Source: Lama guanicoe (lineage: Eukaryota). Taken from it: a stretch of DNA of 64,000 bases. A model generated the notes under the pieces. The model was not told the origin of the DNA and searched no databases. It worked only from the letters and a program-made list of their open reading frames with translations. Where the stretch lies: contig MU053379.1 of NCBI GenBank assembly GCA_013239625.1, forward strand, positions 504,490 through 568,489, in the 5' to 3' direction. Both the position numbers and the translations under genes were made by a program. Shown here piece by piece: positions 39,765 to 52,211 of the stretch. Numbering within the stretch: position 1 is the first letter of the stretch; every line of letters begins with the position of its first letter.

Positions 39765-40190
39765 CTGAGGTTAGATCCCCTGAAAGCGGCTGAGATGAGG
39801 ATGCCTAGGAAAGTGATTTCATTGGACGAACGTTCTCAGAAGGGAAGGGAGGGAAGCAGTACAGCAGAAGAAGTGGTCTGGCCTCAGCCTGATCCCTGGG
39901 AGCTCTGGCACGTGAGTCACATCGCAGGGTAAGTCCCTCCCTGAGGAAGAGAACCGGTGGTGTGTGCCCCGTGTCAGTTCTGTCACTGACTTCCAGAAGT
40001 CCCTGGAGCCTGTGAAACCTCCGTGGTGACTCCCATGTACCCAAGGGCAATTATCCAGAGAAGAAGACAGCTTTGGCCTTTCAGCAGCCAACACTCCCAG
40101 AGTTGGGGTTTGGATGTGCTGGCCCAGCGAAGGGAACCTGGGTGGGTACCAACACCGCAAGTCCCCGGGCATTGCATCATTGCAGTCTCC
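39765..40190 (-). mobile_element. ERVL-class solo LTR (LTR16-like)
   Basis: aggttagatcccctgaaagcggctgagatgaggat...aagtgattt, the reverse complement of an LTR16-type end. Confidence 0.6.
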
Positions 40191-40389
40191 TGAGTGAGGA
40201 GAGGGCCCGTGCCTTGTTGCTCTCCACATCCTCAACGCTTAGCACATGACTTGCAATAAAACAAGTGACCAATGACTATTTGTTGGTTGAATGAATAACT
40301 GAACAAATGAAGTTGAGAAAGATGTGATTAAAGAGAAGGGTTCCATCTACACCAAGGCTAGAGTGGAAGATGTGATGATGGAATGGCCC

Positions 40390-40960
40390 TGTGGTCAGCA
40401 GAATAATGGCTCCCAAAATATCCTGAAATCTGTGAATATGTTAGGTTCCATGGCAAGATGGACTTAAGGCTTACTTAAAATTGAGAGAGTCTCCAGTTAG
40501 GCCAAATGTCCTCAAAAAGACAAGAGGAAAGCAGGAGAGTTGGTCACAAAGAGATGGGAAATTGGAAGAAGGGACAGAAGAGAAGAACCCTCTCCTGAGA
40601 GAAAGAGATGAGAAGGGCTCAGCCCATCATGGCTAGATTTAAAAACAGAGGAAGGGGGACTCAAGCCAAGGCATACGGCGGCCTGGAAGCTGGGCATGGC
40701 CCTCCACTCACAGCCAGCAAGGAAACAGGGACCTCAGTCCCTTAAGGAACTGAATTCTGACAGTAACCTGGATTAGCAAAGTAAAGGATTCTTTTGTAAA
40801 GCCCCCAGAAGAAACTGCACCCTGCTAACACGCTGATTTTAGCCCAGTGATACGGGTGTCAAACTTCCAACCACAGAACTGAAATAAGCTAGAATACACT
40901 GGCGTTGTTTAACCAGGTCTACATTTGTAGTAACTTCTTAACAGCAGCAAGAAGACACAA
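40390..40960 (+). mobile_element. MaLR solo LTR (MLT1D/E-like)
   Basis: tgtggtcagcagaataatggctccca start; gccagcaaggaaacagggacctcagtcc..aaggaactgaattctg. Confidence 0.8.
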
Positions 40961-41929
40961 GAAGACACAAAGACATCCTCTTTGAAAATGGTGTTTTCCC
41001 TCCACCTGGAGGAGAACAGCACCCACAAATCTCCCAAGCGGTTAGGGTGGGGCATTACTCTGGGGCCACTAGCCCAGCACTGCAGGCTCAGTGGGGACCC
41101 AGGTAAACCAGCTCCCAGGCCACCAACAGTCCATGTGGAAGCCCAGGAAATCAGAGCATGGCGAGCAACGTGTGTGGCCTTTAAGGTGCATTCAGGTGGC
41201 CAAAATCCATCCCCTGGGACACCCAGTGCCCTCACCGGTGGTCCACTTCTCCGTCATGTGCTCCCTCAAAGCTGCCATGGCCTTCATCTAGGGGGATGTG
41301 AAGGCACTCGCCAGTGTTTCCGTTTCTTTTTAATTCCTCCAAGTTAACATCCTTCATACCACTTGGGGGAGGATTCCCCACCCGGGGTCCATGGAGGGGT
41401 GGGCTTTGCTGTAACAACTAAAGGGATTTGAGAGGTGCTTGTGTCCGGCCCCTTCTCGCCGCACAGGAGGAAATCAAGGCCTGAGGGAATGTAAAGAACC
41501 AGAGGCCACACAGCAGGTTCGAGCAGAGCTGGTCCTGCGCTCGGGCCCCCAGCGTTCCCCGGTTCAGAAGCTGGCTGCACCCGCCCACCTCACAGTGCGT
41601 TCACACGGCAGGGTGGAGGCAGGCATCAGGCTAAGCCTGCCCCGCGGAGAAGCACCTGTGGGTCCTTCTGCAGGAGCTTCAAGCCCCTTGGCCCCTCTGA
41701 GCACGAGCCTCCCGGCCAAGTCCACCCAACCCACCCTCTGCCACTACAACCCCTGCATTCAGCCACCAAACGGAGCCCTCGGGAGCAGCGTGGGCCCCTC
41801 TGACCCCTTTGAACCGACTTCCTTATGGCCCCTACCCTGGCGTCAGTCGGGTTTTTCCTCCAACCCCCAGCACGCGTTGCCCTTTCTAAAGGAGGACTAG
41901 ATCCTGCTCTGCCCCACGTGCCTGGAGAC

Positions 41930-42200
41930 CTGATGAGTCTAGGAGCCTCCGTCCCCTCTAGGCTCCCATGAATCTTCTGCGGGAGCATGAAAGCCTCGTC
42001 TCGCTCAGGCTGGGAAACGCTGGCGTCACTAACCCTCCAGTGCCCCCTGCAGGACTCGCCGGAAATCACACCCTGGCTTGGCTTCCTCCCGCGTTCGTCC
42101 CGCTTCCCTCGCGCCGCCGTTTTCCCCTGGGAGCACATCTTTACTCAATCACTGGCCCACAAGTCTTCTCCCAGAGTCTGCTCCGGGAATCCTGACCTCC
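41930..42200 (+). mobile_element. ERVL-class LTR 3' part (LTR16-like)
   Basis: cctgggagcacatct..aatcactggcccacaagtc..cagagtctgctccgggaatcctgacct. Confidence 0.6.
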
Positions 42201-45200
42201 TTCCATCGGAGCCGTCGGGAGCTTCGGGCAAAGCAGAATTTTCCATGCTGCGTGGCCAAGGCAGAGAGAAATAAGATTAGCTTCTCAACCATGGTAACCC
42301 TGCTGGCTCCCAACCTACGGGAAATTATTTTTCACGAAGAAAGAACCCTTAATTACTAACCGATAATTAAAACCTGAAGCCAAGTGCAGGAAGCCGGGGC
42401 TTGGCTCTGAGCAGCAATGCTTACCGACGTCCCCGGGCTGGTGGGGAGGTCTGCACTTTGAATGTCGCGCACACAGCCTCTCCACAGCCAGCGCTCTGCT
42501 AGGCAGAAGAATAAGATGTATTACTGTGTGTGGGAGATGTTTTCATTAAGCTATGGAAATAGAAGGCTTATGTTTTATAGCTCAAACGTTGCCAATTTTT
42601 TAAATAAGAGGTTTAGTGTACATCTAAGCTGTTCAGGGAGCCCCAGCTTGAGGACTCCCACTGAGTTACTGTGAGCAAAAATGCATTGTCTGATCTTTAT
42701 AGTCCTCATTTTCCCCATCTGTAAAACAGGGATGCTCGTCCCCCCTGCTTCAGAGTCAAGGGAATATGACGATCCTCCATATTACGCATGTGAACAGTGG
42801 GTCTTTGTTGATCTATCAAAAAATACACGTTGAACGCCTCAGAATGCTAAAGGCATAGATAGAGTTCCTTCTGGTACTGATCCGGGGTTCCCTCCCCTCT
42901 CTTCTCCACCACATCCCCCACAAAAGTACACACAATTTCCTCTCTTGGGTTTGTAAGTAATGTTCCAGAAGACTCAGCAGGAAGGAGCCAGCCCCTGTGT
43001 GGGTGCCAGTGTGGTGGCCAGACCAGCACTGGGTCATTTGACACAGTCAGTGCCTTGCTGGGAGTCTTACCAGGCACCTCTCAAACAGCAAATGTGTTCT
43101 CTGTGAATGAGACCATAGCCAAAGCTCATTAACACTTCAAAACCTATCACTCCCAAGCAACTGCAGTTACCCTGTCCCACCTGATCCTTTGGTTTGGGAG
43201 TTTTCACTGTTGCTTGTTTGATCTTAGCTCACAAACCCATCTTCCTTCACACGGAGAGTTGATTGTGGGTTATCAGAGTGTAAGATCTTTGCCCTCCCAC
43301 CTCTTCTCCCTGCCTTGGTCCTGATATTTTGGTCCCTGTTGTTTGGTCCCTTTGGTTTCCAGCAGCTTCTTCTGAACCACAGTGGTTCAAATACTCTACC
43401 CAGTGTTTGCTACAATGTACTGTGTGCCTGGCCTCGTGTTTTGTATGGATTATTGCATTCAGTCTGCATGTTAAACCAATGAAATGGGTACTTTCTTACC
43501 CACTTCTCAGAGATAGGAAGCCAGAAATCAGAGAGGGTAGTGATATGCTCTAGTTCACACAGCCAGCGAGGAGTTAAACGTGAAGTCCACCATCTGTCAC
43601 ACAGCTTTGTTCAACTTGGCCCCCCTCCAGACACCCACAACTCTACAAATGGCACCACCATGGTTGCAGTGACTAACGTCCTGTACCTGAGAGTGTCCTT
43701 GACTCCTGCCTCCCCCTCTCCTCTCTGCCTCCGGATCTCCTAGTCCTAGGTCCACTCGGCAATAATCCGCTTCTCTGTTTCCACCACTGGCATCCTGAAA
43801 CAAACCAAAATCACCTCCTTCCTGGACCCATGAAAGCCCCAGCTTCCTGCTGCCACTTTTGCCCTCTGAAATGCTTGTCCCCAGAATAACCAGAGAGTCA
43901 TTGCAGAGGAGAAAAGGACAAGAGACCACCTCACTTCCCCAATTAAACCCATCCAGGGTCTACCTGGAGTCACACCCCTTCTTCCCTGTGGGGCTCCACG
44001 TGTCCTGGCTCAGGCACCCTTTCAACTGATCTCCTGCTCTCTCACTATATAGCAAGCTCCACAGGATTTGTCCCAATTCAAGACTTAAAACGCTGGCTCT
44101 CCCCACAGTTGAGTCTGTTTCAACCTCAGGCCACTCCTGGTTTAGTATCTTTCTAGCTCTTAAAACAATCTGCAATTAAATATTTGGGTTTGGGTTTTGG
44201 TGCCTTCTCTTTGGAGTGTCATCTCCGGAGGATGGAGGTCTTATCCACGTCGCTCACCCCTTCATCCTCAGCAAAGTGCAGTGGTCTTGACCAGTGTGGG
44301 TTGGAGATCGCACTGACGAAGCAAGGCTTTCCTTTTCTTTTTCTTTAGTCTCCACCCCCTAATTTCTTCTGGTCATGCTTTCTCCTCTTATAAACCCCTC
44401 ACCCTGGCTTTGTTATGTTTCCCCTTTTGTTCTGCTACTAGTAGAAATTTGTGTATGAAAACCTCCATAAACACTGTGAAAGAGTTTCTGGTCCGTGCTG
44501 CCACGAGAATCTTCTGCGCAGGAAATGAACACACTTGTTAACACTTGCTGACTTCTGGGGAGAACTGGTCTACTTCTTCATAGCCACAACCCAAGGAATA
44601 GGAAGCCCTTCTATCCAGGATGATTTGTGTTCCTCCAAAGAGGAGCTAGAGAAATCAACAGCCATGGTTGTCTTGATGCTTTTAACTCACTCACTGGTTA
44701 CACACAATTAACTCTAGCCACTCGATTTCTCCAAGCATGCGTTTTCAAGCTAAAAAATTGATCGGGTTTTTTTTTTTAATACTCTGCTAGGTATTTAAAA
44801 GGTTTTTAAATTGAAAACTAAAAAAGTTGTACATTGACATGTTCTTAGCTAATAATCTCTGCTCATCCACTGTTCTACCCAGAGAAGGGAATTCCCAAAA
44901 CACCAGAGCTCTACTTACAGGACTCTCAAGAAACATGCGGCATTACATGTCCTCATTATTAATATTAAGTCCAATGCACCATACATACAAATCCTTCCAA
45001 AGGAAAACAAACCTGCCCTGGAAACAAAGCTTATAATTATAATCACAGAAGCTATTTGTTCTTCGCAGGGAATGCTTAAAATGTCAATTTAAATGCAAAT
45101 GAATCTTATCATTCCAAATTATGCTCATTCCATTGTGTTGAAATTAATATAGAAAATAATTTTGAGCACTAAATTATGAGTAATTAATATTGACACTGTG

Positions 45201-45544
45201 AAAAAAATACACTCTTACTTCGATATTCCGGAGAGGGAGGTCTTGTCTGCGTAGGGGCTGTGTATGTGTGCTCTAAGCAGTAACTAGACGCGGTGGCCCA
45301 GTTCCTGGCAGGGCTAATTTGCAGGATTAACACGACAGAAATAAGGGGCTGGAGACACAAGGCAACAGTACATCTTAGGACCAAGTGAGCTAGTCTTTGG
45401 GTCTAAAGAAGGCACACTTACAAGATTTTTAAGAATAAATTATTCCACAAATGCTAAAGAGCTGTAAGGAGAGCCTGAAAAATTAAAACCTTTCTCTTAA
45501 ACATTGAAACAAAAAGAACCTCTGTCTCCTCTATAGTCTCATCT

Positions 45545-45760
45545 AGGGGTTGGCAAATTATGAGCCACAGGCCAGCCGCCTCTTTTTGTAAATAAACTTT
45601 TGTCGGAACCCGGCCATGTCCATTTGTTGACTAGTTGTCTGTGACTGCTTTCACGGTACAATGGCCAAGTGGAGTGGTTGTGACAGAGACCATCAGACCC
45701 CAAAGCCTAAAACTCTTACTGTTTGACTCTGTGAAAGAAAGAGTCTGCTGAAAGCCCCTG
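45545..45760. mobile_element. MER58A-like hAT MITE
   Basis: aggggttggcaaatt ... ttttgtaaataaacttt ... agtggttgtgacagagacc ... aaagcctaaaa ... gcccctg. Confidence 0.8.
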
Positions 45761-46174
45761 ATGTAACCAGCTACGAATCAAGATGTAGTAAAATGGCTTC
45801 CTTAGAAACATGAGTCCAGAGAGTTGCAACGCAGGTCCAATCACGGCTGTACCACTTTGTAGCTGTGGGCGTCTGGTAAGATGCTTTCAGTGTTGGGGGC
45901 ATAGCACCTCATTTGTTAGCTGAGAAAATTAGACTCTTGTCTGCTGCAACTCTAAAATCTTGTGAAACACTCCTCCTTTCCAATAAAATCACCGATGAAG
46001 AAACAAAAGCTGAGTTGGTTTTCTGGGGAAATGAAATTGTCAAGTAGTTTGAATCTACTTGAGCTTCTGAGAATGACAGCCATAAAGTCAAAGTTAGGCT
46101 CCCTTTCCATGCGTGATGCTCTCGACACTAACCACTGTGGCTGAGTGATTTCATAGGGCTTTGCATTCATTCGT

Positions 46175-46560
46175 TGTCTTAGTTTGGATTCCTCCAGAAG
46201 CCAACCCTGAGGCTTGGATAGTTTATTTGAGAGATGGTCCCAGGAAGCAAGGGCAGGGAATGGAGTCGGGATAGGGCATGTATCAAGTTAGTTACTAGCA
46301 TGGAGCTCAGGTCTCCTGGGAAACCCTGGGTTACGCTTTAGAATTAGGTTAGGGAAGTTAATACACCAGCTCCCATCAGTCACTGATCGAAGGCTGCTAC
46401 CAGGATGAAGGGAGAGTGATTCCCTCTTCCTCTGGGCTGCCACAGTCATGGCAGATTGGGCTGCAGATATAAAGAGATGGAAATCTGACTGAGGAAAGTT
46501 GAGTCAATATGCACCAAAATGCTAAAACAAGAGGTCATGAACCAGTTACCCAGCAGCATC
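46175..46560 (-). mobile_element. ERVL-class solo LTR
   Basis: tgtcttagtttggattcctccagaagccaaccctgagg..tagtttatttgagagatggtcccaggaagca. Confidence 0.65.
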
Positions 46561-46777
46561 TGCTGATTAGAAAATCACATGTCTCCAAACATTTTAATCA
46601 CATATCTCCATCTATACAAATGTAGAGCAGGCTCTCCAGATAGATGCATAATTATTTATTCACACACTGTATGTATGTACTACACCATAATGATGGACAA
46701 TGTACATTTTAAAACATATTCAAGAAAGACAATTTAAAGGATAAAATAAAAAATAAATATTTTAAAAGTTGTAATAT

Positions 46778-47230
46778 GCACCCACGTTCATAGCAGCATT
46801 AGTTGCAAGAGCCAAAAGGTAGAAGCAACACAACTGTCCATCAAAAAAGGAATGGACAGACAAAATGTGGAGCATACATGCAACGGAATATCATTCAGCC
46901 TACAGCATGCAACGGCATTATGCAAAGTGAAATAAGATGATTCCACCTACATGAGGTACCTAGAAGAGTCACATTTGTAAAGACAGAAAGTACAATGGGG
47001 GTTGCCAACAGCGGAGGGGTTTGGGGAGTGGGGCATTATTGTTTGAGAGGCAGAGCATTTCCATCTCGGAAGATGAAAGAGTTCTGGAGATTGGCTGCAC
47101 AACATGTAAATATACTTAACCAACTAAACCGTACATTTTATAAGGGTTAAGACGATTCATTTTATGTTATGCCTTTTAACCACAACTAAAAATAAATATG
47201 TAATTTTTTAGTCAAAAGCAGAAAAAAAAA
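46778..47230 (+). mobile_element. L1 3' end (L1MA/MB-like) inserted in a hAT relic (~46580-47310)
   Basis: gttcatagcagcatt...gccaaaaggtagaagcaa...tgtccatcaa; A-rich tail; degenerate TSD aagttgtaatat (46766-46777) / aagttataatat (47232-47243). Confidence 0.8.
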
Positions 47231-47629
47231 GAAGTTATAATATTTTCTCCCCACACCCCATTGCATCATCTTGCACGTCCCTGGGCGTGGGCATCCCACT
47301 TTGAAGATCTGTCCACCATGTGTAACCCTGTCCACCGTGCTATCAGCAAAAGGTTGAATAAAAACCCCTTTGGTCAGCCAGATGTGACTATTTCTGTCTT
47401 CAAGGAAGACAAGTCAGTACAACAAAATGGCACTAAGGAGGTCTCCACAGCAGGTGGGTCTGGACCCAGTTCTGCCTTTACTATTTAGTTACTGTGATCT
47501 GAGACAAGTTTAATCAACTTCTCTGGGTTTGTACACTCCTCAAATGTAAAAGAAAGATAGAAATACATTTTCATTTATTCACTCAACAACTGTTTATTGA
47601 GTGCTGTACTATCACAAGATCTATGGCAT

Positions 47630-47744
47630 GTTAGTTACCTAGTATAATATTTGCTGCATAAAAAATTACCCCCAAAACTTGAATATATAGCATCTGCGAG
47701 TCAGGTATTCTGGAACAGTTTTGCCTGGATAGTTCTGCTTCAGG

Positions 47745-47775
<31 letters not shown>

Positions 47776-48945
47776 TTTTGAGTGTGTTTTTTTTTTTATT
47801 GTTTTGTTATATTTTTTTGTTGACAATAACATAAGTTTATATNNNNNNNNNNNNNNNNNNNNNNNNNNNNNNNNNNNNNNNNNNNNNNNNNNNNNNNNNN
47901 NNNNNNNNNNNNNNNNNNNNNNNNNNNNNNNNNNNNNNNNNNNNNNNNNNNNNNNNNNNNNNNNNNNNNNNNNNNNNNNNNNNNNNNNNNNNNNNNNNNN
48001 NNNNNNNNNNNNNNNNNNNNNNNNNNNNNNNNNNNNNNNNNNNNNNNNNNNNNNNNNNNNNNNNNNNNNNNNNNNNNNNNNNNNNNNNNNNNNNNNNNNN
48101 NNNNNNNNNNNNNNNNNNNNNNNNNNNNNNNNNNNNNNNNNNNNNNNNNNNNNNNNNNNNNNNNNNNNNNNNNNNNNNNNNNNNNNNNNNNNNNNNNNNN
48201 NNNNNNNNNNNTATACATGAACATACATATATTCATTGTCACGTTTTTTTCTCTGTGAGCTACCATAAGATCTTGTATCTATTTCCCTGTGCTACACAGT
48301 ACAATCTTGTTTATCTATTCTATATTTTGAAATCCCAGTCTATCCCTTCCCACCCTCTGCCCCCTTGGCAACCACAAGTTTGTATTCTATGTCTATGAGT
48401 CTGTTTCTGTTTTGTATTTATGTTTTTTTATTATTATGAGATTCCACATATGAGCGATCTCATATGGTATTTTTCTTTCTCTTTCTGGCTTACTTCACTT
48501 AGAATAACATTCTCCAGGAACATCTATGTTGCTGCAAATGGTGTCATGTTGTCGGTTTTTATGGTTGAATAGTATTCCCAGGGTCTCTCTTGAGGTTGCA
48601 GTCAGATGCTAGCCAGGGCTGCAGTCATCTGAAGACTTGACTGAAGCTGGAGGTTCTGCTTTCAAGATGGATAACATGGTGGGTAGCTGTTGCAGGAAGC
48701 CTTAGCTCCCCCAACCCATGTGGGTCTTTGTGAATTGTTTGAGTATCCTCATGACAGAGCAGCTGACCTCCTCCAGAGCAGGCAATCCAAGATGGAAGCC
48801 ACAATGCTTCTCATGATCTAGCCTCAAGAGTCACCCACTGCCATCTTGCAATATCCTCTTGGTCATATGGGTCAGCCTTGTTCACTGTGGGGGACTCTAT
48901 GCAAGGTCCTGAATTCCAGGAGGCAAGAATCACTGGGGCCAGGTT
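47630..48945 (-). mobile_element. MaLR solo LTR (MLT1F/G-like) split by a young L1
   Basis: attgctgcataaaaaattacccccaaaactt before the L1; tgaggttgcagtcagatg..ggctgcagtcatctgaagacttgactg after it. Confidence 0.8.
47753..48578 (-). mobile_element. Young 5'-truncated L1 3' end, contains N gap 47843-48211
   Basis: Highly similar to the L1 at 18191-18660 (ggcaaccacaagtttgtattctatgtctatgagtctg). Poly-T tail; perfect 12-bp TSD cagggtctctct (47741-47752 / 48579-48590). Confidence 0.93.
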
Positions 48946-50899
48946 GGACACATTGATGAATAGAGTGGACATGGTCACTACCCTCAAAGACCTTATTGTC
49001 TAGAGGGCTCTCCAAATAGATTCCAAATAAGTAACTACAGAAATAATTGTTTGTTGACAACTGTGGTGGTTTGTTATAATGGAAGAGTTCTGGAACTTGA
49101 TCTGGTTTGCTGGGTGAGTGAAGATTTCCTTGGAGAAGAGACACTTAGCTGATGCTTTAAGGATATGGAGGAGTTATCCCATTATCTGGCAGCAGAGCGA
49201 ACAGTCTGTGCAAAGGTCCTGAGGCAGAAATATGCTCAGCCCTTTCAAGGATCTGAAGAAAGATGGTGTGTGTTTTAAGGGGGGAAGAGAGGAAGGCAGG
49301 AATCAATCCAGGGAGAAAACAGGCTGAGTAACAATGGAGAAGCAGAAAGAGACATGGAAGTGTGGACTTTGTGAGACATGAGGATTTTCAACTTCATATG
49401 AAAGCAAAATGAAACTTTTTCTTTTGAGTTTTGGGGGTGGGGGAGAGTATAACATAAAATGATCCACATGGATTTGGTATATTTCAAAGATCTGTCTGCT
49501 GTGGTGATGGATTGGGGGTGAGAAGGAATGGAAGCAGGGAGACCCTATAGGGGGACTTTTGTAGGAGAAATTATTTGTGAATAAGATGCTGTGTTTTCAA
49601 AAAGAAAGAGAGAGAGAGCAGAAGAAGATGTAACATGCCCTGAATTTAGGAGACACTCACTAAATATTACTTCCCTCATTATTACTTCCCTCTTCCTCTT
49701 AAAAAAATAGCTCTGGAACATTTAAAATAAGGTGATAGCAACAAACAGATATCTCTAAATAGTGGACAAAATTACTATCAAATAGTGCAGGCCTCTCTAG
49801 GCACCTCGTAAGCTCAGGCTTGAAGGAGCCTTGTCTTGGAAACATGGAAGAGGATTCAGTAGCAATCTTAACGCCTTGCTCCACCACCAGCAGGAACCTG
49901 GACCAGCCCACAGAGAGCTCTGAATAGCATTTATGATCCTTAATCAGCAAGCATGCAGCGTTGATCTGGAAATTAATTGGATGCTCGGGTTTTTCACACA
50001 CCGTGGAGAGCTAGAAATTACAAAGATTTTGACAGGAATATATTTAGTAACAGCATCACTGATGTTCTGTCACAAGCAGAGACCCATATCCACTTCGGGG
50101 CTCATTATATCCTGAATGACAGTGGGTGCTTAGCAAATCCCTTTTGATTATGATGATTAACCACATTACTCAGTGTCTTTAATAGCTAGTGAGGAATCGG
50201 ACCAGAGCTGAGGTTTTCTAAATATGACCCTCTGTGTTCTTATTTATTTAACCACCTTTACTTAATTGGCTCACTATTTTAACTTAATATATTGTTTTTA
50301 AGGGTAACTATATGTTATTACTTGCTGTGCAAATAGGATAATTACTAAAAGTGGATACAGTCCACCCCAATCCCCTGGCCCATGGTGAGTGCATTTCGCC
50401 CAAGAAATGCTAGACTGGGATGTGCTTGTGGCAAAGGGTGTCGGAACGAATAGCCGGGGTCATGGGTTCCCACAGCTGTGAGGCTGCAGCACACGCAGGT
50501 GATGTAGGGAAAGGATGCAGGAGGAAAGAGGTCGGTCTCTCTGGTGAGCAGCAGTGAGTATCTACTGCACGAACCCAGAGAAGCAAAGACTCTTCAGTAC
50601 GTGGAGAGGATGCAGAAGTACGCTCAGTTCTGGAGACTTCTTAGGTATTGCGCCTCCAGGCACCACCAGCTAAAAACCAGAGAGAGACTCGTCTTCTAGA
50701 GTCACCTCCTGGGCCAGGGACCAGGACTCGGTTATCTGTGGGTCTGTAATCTGGGGATGGGCAGGGACCAAAAAGGGTGAGAGCTCGGTACAGTGTTTAC
50801 TGTGGCTGAAAGTTTCCTTTAGCTTTTACTCTGTTTTAAAGAATACTTACAGATGCACCTAAAGGTAGGTGTTTTCAGGGCAAAATCTACCTACAACCT

Positions 50900-51530
50900 C
50901 ACACATTGCTAGTGGGAACATCAAATGGGTCACTCCCTTTGGAAAAAGGCTTGACGGTGTCTTACAAAATTAAATATACACTTAGCAATCCCACTCCTAC
51001 GGATTTACCCAAGAGAAAATGAAAACATATGTTCATTAAAAGACATACAAGAACGTTCATAGCAGCTTTATTCACATTTGCCAAAACTGGAAATAATGCC
51101 AACGCCCATTAACACGTGAAGGGAGAAAATTGTGTCATGTTCATATAAGGGAATGCTGTTCCACAAGCAAAGGAATGAGCTACTATGCAAACAACAAAGG
51201 AGGTAAATCTCAAAAACATCATGTTAGCTAAAGAAGGCAAATACAAAAATTACATACTTTCTGGTTCCATTTACCTCAAGCTCTAAAACAGGAGAATTAA
51301 GTTGCAGTGGTAGAAATCTCAAGAGGGACCGACCGAGGAGGGTGAAGATGAATCTAGGAGGCACGAGAGAACTTCCTAAGGAGATAAACCTGCTCCATAG
51401 CCTGACTGCCATGATGGTTACATGGGGGTTTATGTTGCCAAAGCTCATAGGGCTACACACTTAGCATCACATATTTTGCTATTGATAAAATATACCTCAA
51501 TTTTTTTAAAGAAAAATACAATTTTAAAAA
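50900..51530 (+). mobile_element. Old L1 (L1MB/MC/MD-like) ORF2 end and 3' UTR
   Basis: attgctagtgggaa ... agcaatcccactccta..atttacccaagagaaaatgaaaacatatgttca ... gttcatagcagctttattca. Confidence 0.8.
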
Positions 51531-51796
51531 ATAATCTATCAGCAAAACAGCCAATGTAGAAAACAGTTCCTACCAAAAATCCCCTGTGGGTGAGAGTGGG
51601 AAGCTGCCCGTTTCCTGGGAGCCCAGCTTTCTCACTGCCCTCCCAGGAGATGATCGATGCCCACCCTCCTCTCTGGGTCATCTCAAGGAGAGAAGAAGAT
51701 AATGGGTGTCAAGACACTTGGAAACCCTCCTATCACTATACGGGCTGAAAGGGATATTGTTTAATGATTACTACATTCTTAGAAGTTCATCACTCT

Positions 51797-52211
51797 ATAT
51801 ACAATAGAATACTTCTCAGCTTTTTTTTAAAAAAAAAAAGAATGAAATTTTGCCATTTTCTGCATTATGGATGGACTTGGAGGGGATTGTGTTAAGTGAA
51901 ATACGTCAGACAGAAAAACAAATGCTGTATGATCTCACTTACATGTGGGATCTAAAAAAATACAACAAAGTAGTGAATAAAACAAAAAAGAGGCAGACTC
52001 ACAGATATAGAGGACAAACTAGCCATTATCAGTTGAAAGAGGGAAAGGGGGGCGCCATATAAAGGTCGGAAGAGCAGGAAGTACAAATTACTGGGTGTGA
52101 GACAGGCTCAAGGATGTGTTGTACAACACGGGGAACATAGCCAATATTTTATAACAACTGGAAATGGAAAGTAACCTTTAAAAATGCAGACAATTGTTTT
52201 AATTTTAAAAA
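51797..52211 (+). mobile_element. L1 3' end (artiodactyl-type)
   Basis: aagaatgaaattttgccattt...tggatggacttggagggg...aagtgaaata..tcagacaga; degenerate TSD agaa..catcactct (51781-51796 / 52212-52227). Confidence 0.85.

Noticed and set aside
50380-50860. Possible processed pseudogene fragment (short open stretch SSEYLLHEPREAK...)
   Set aside because: No recognisable protein, poly-A tail or TSD; a BLASTX search would be needed to revisit it.
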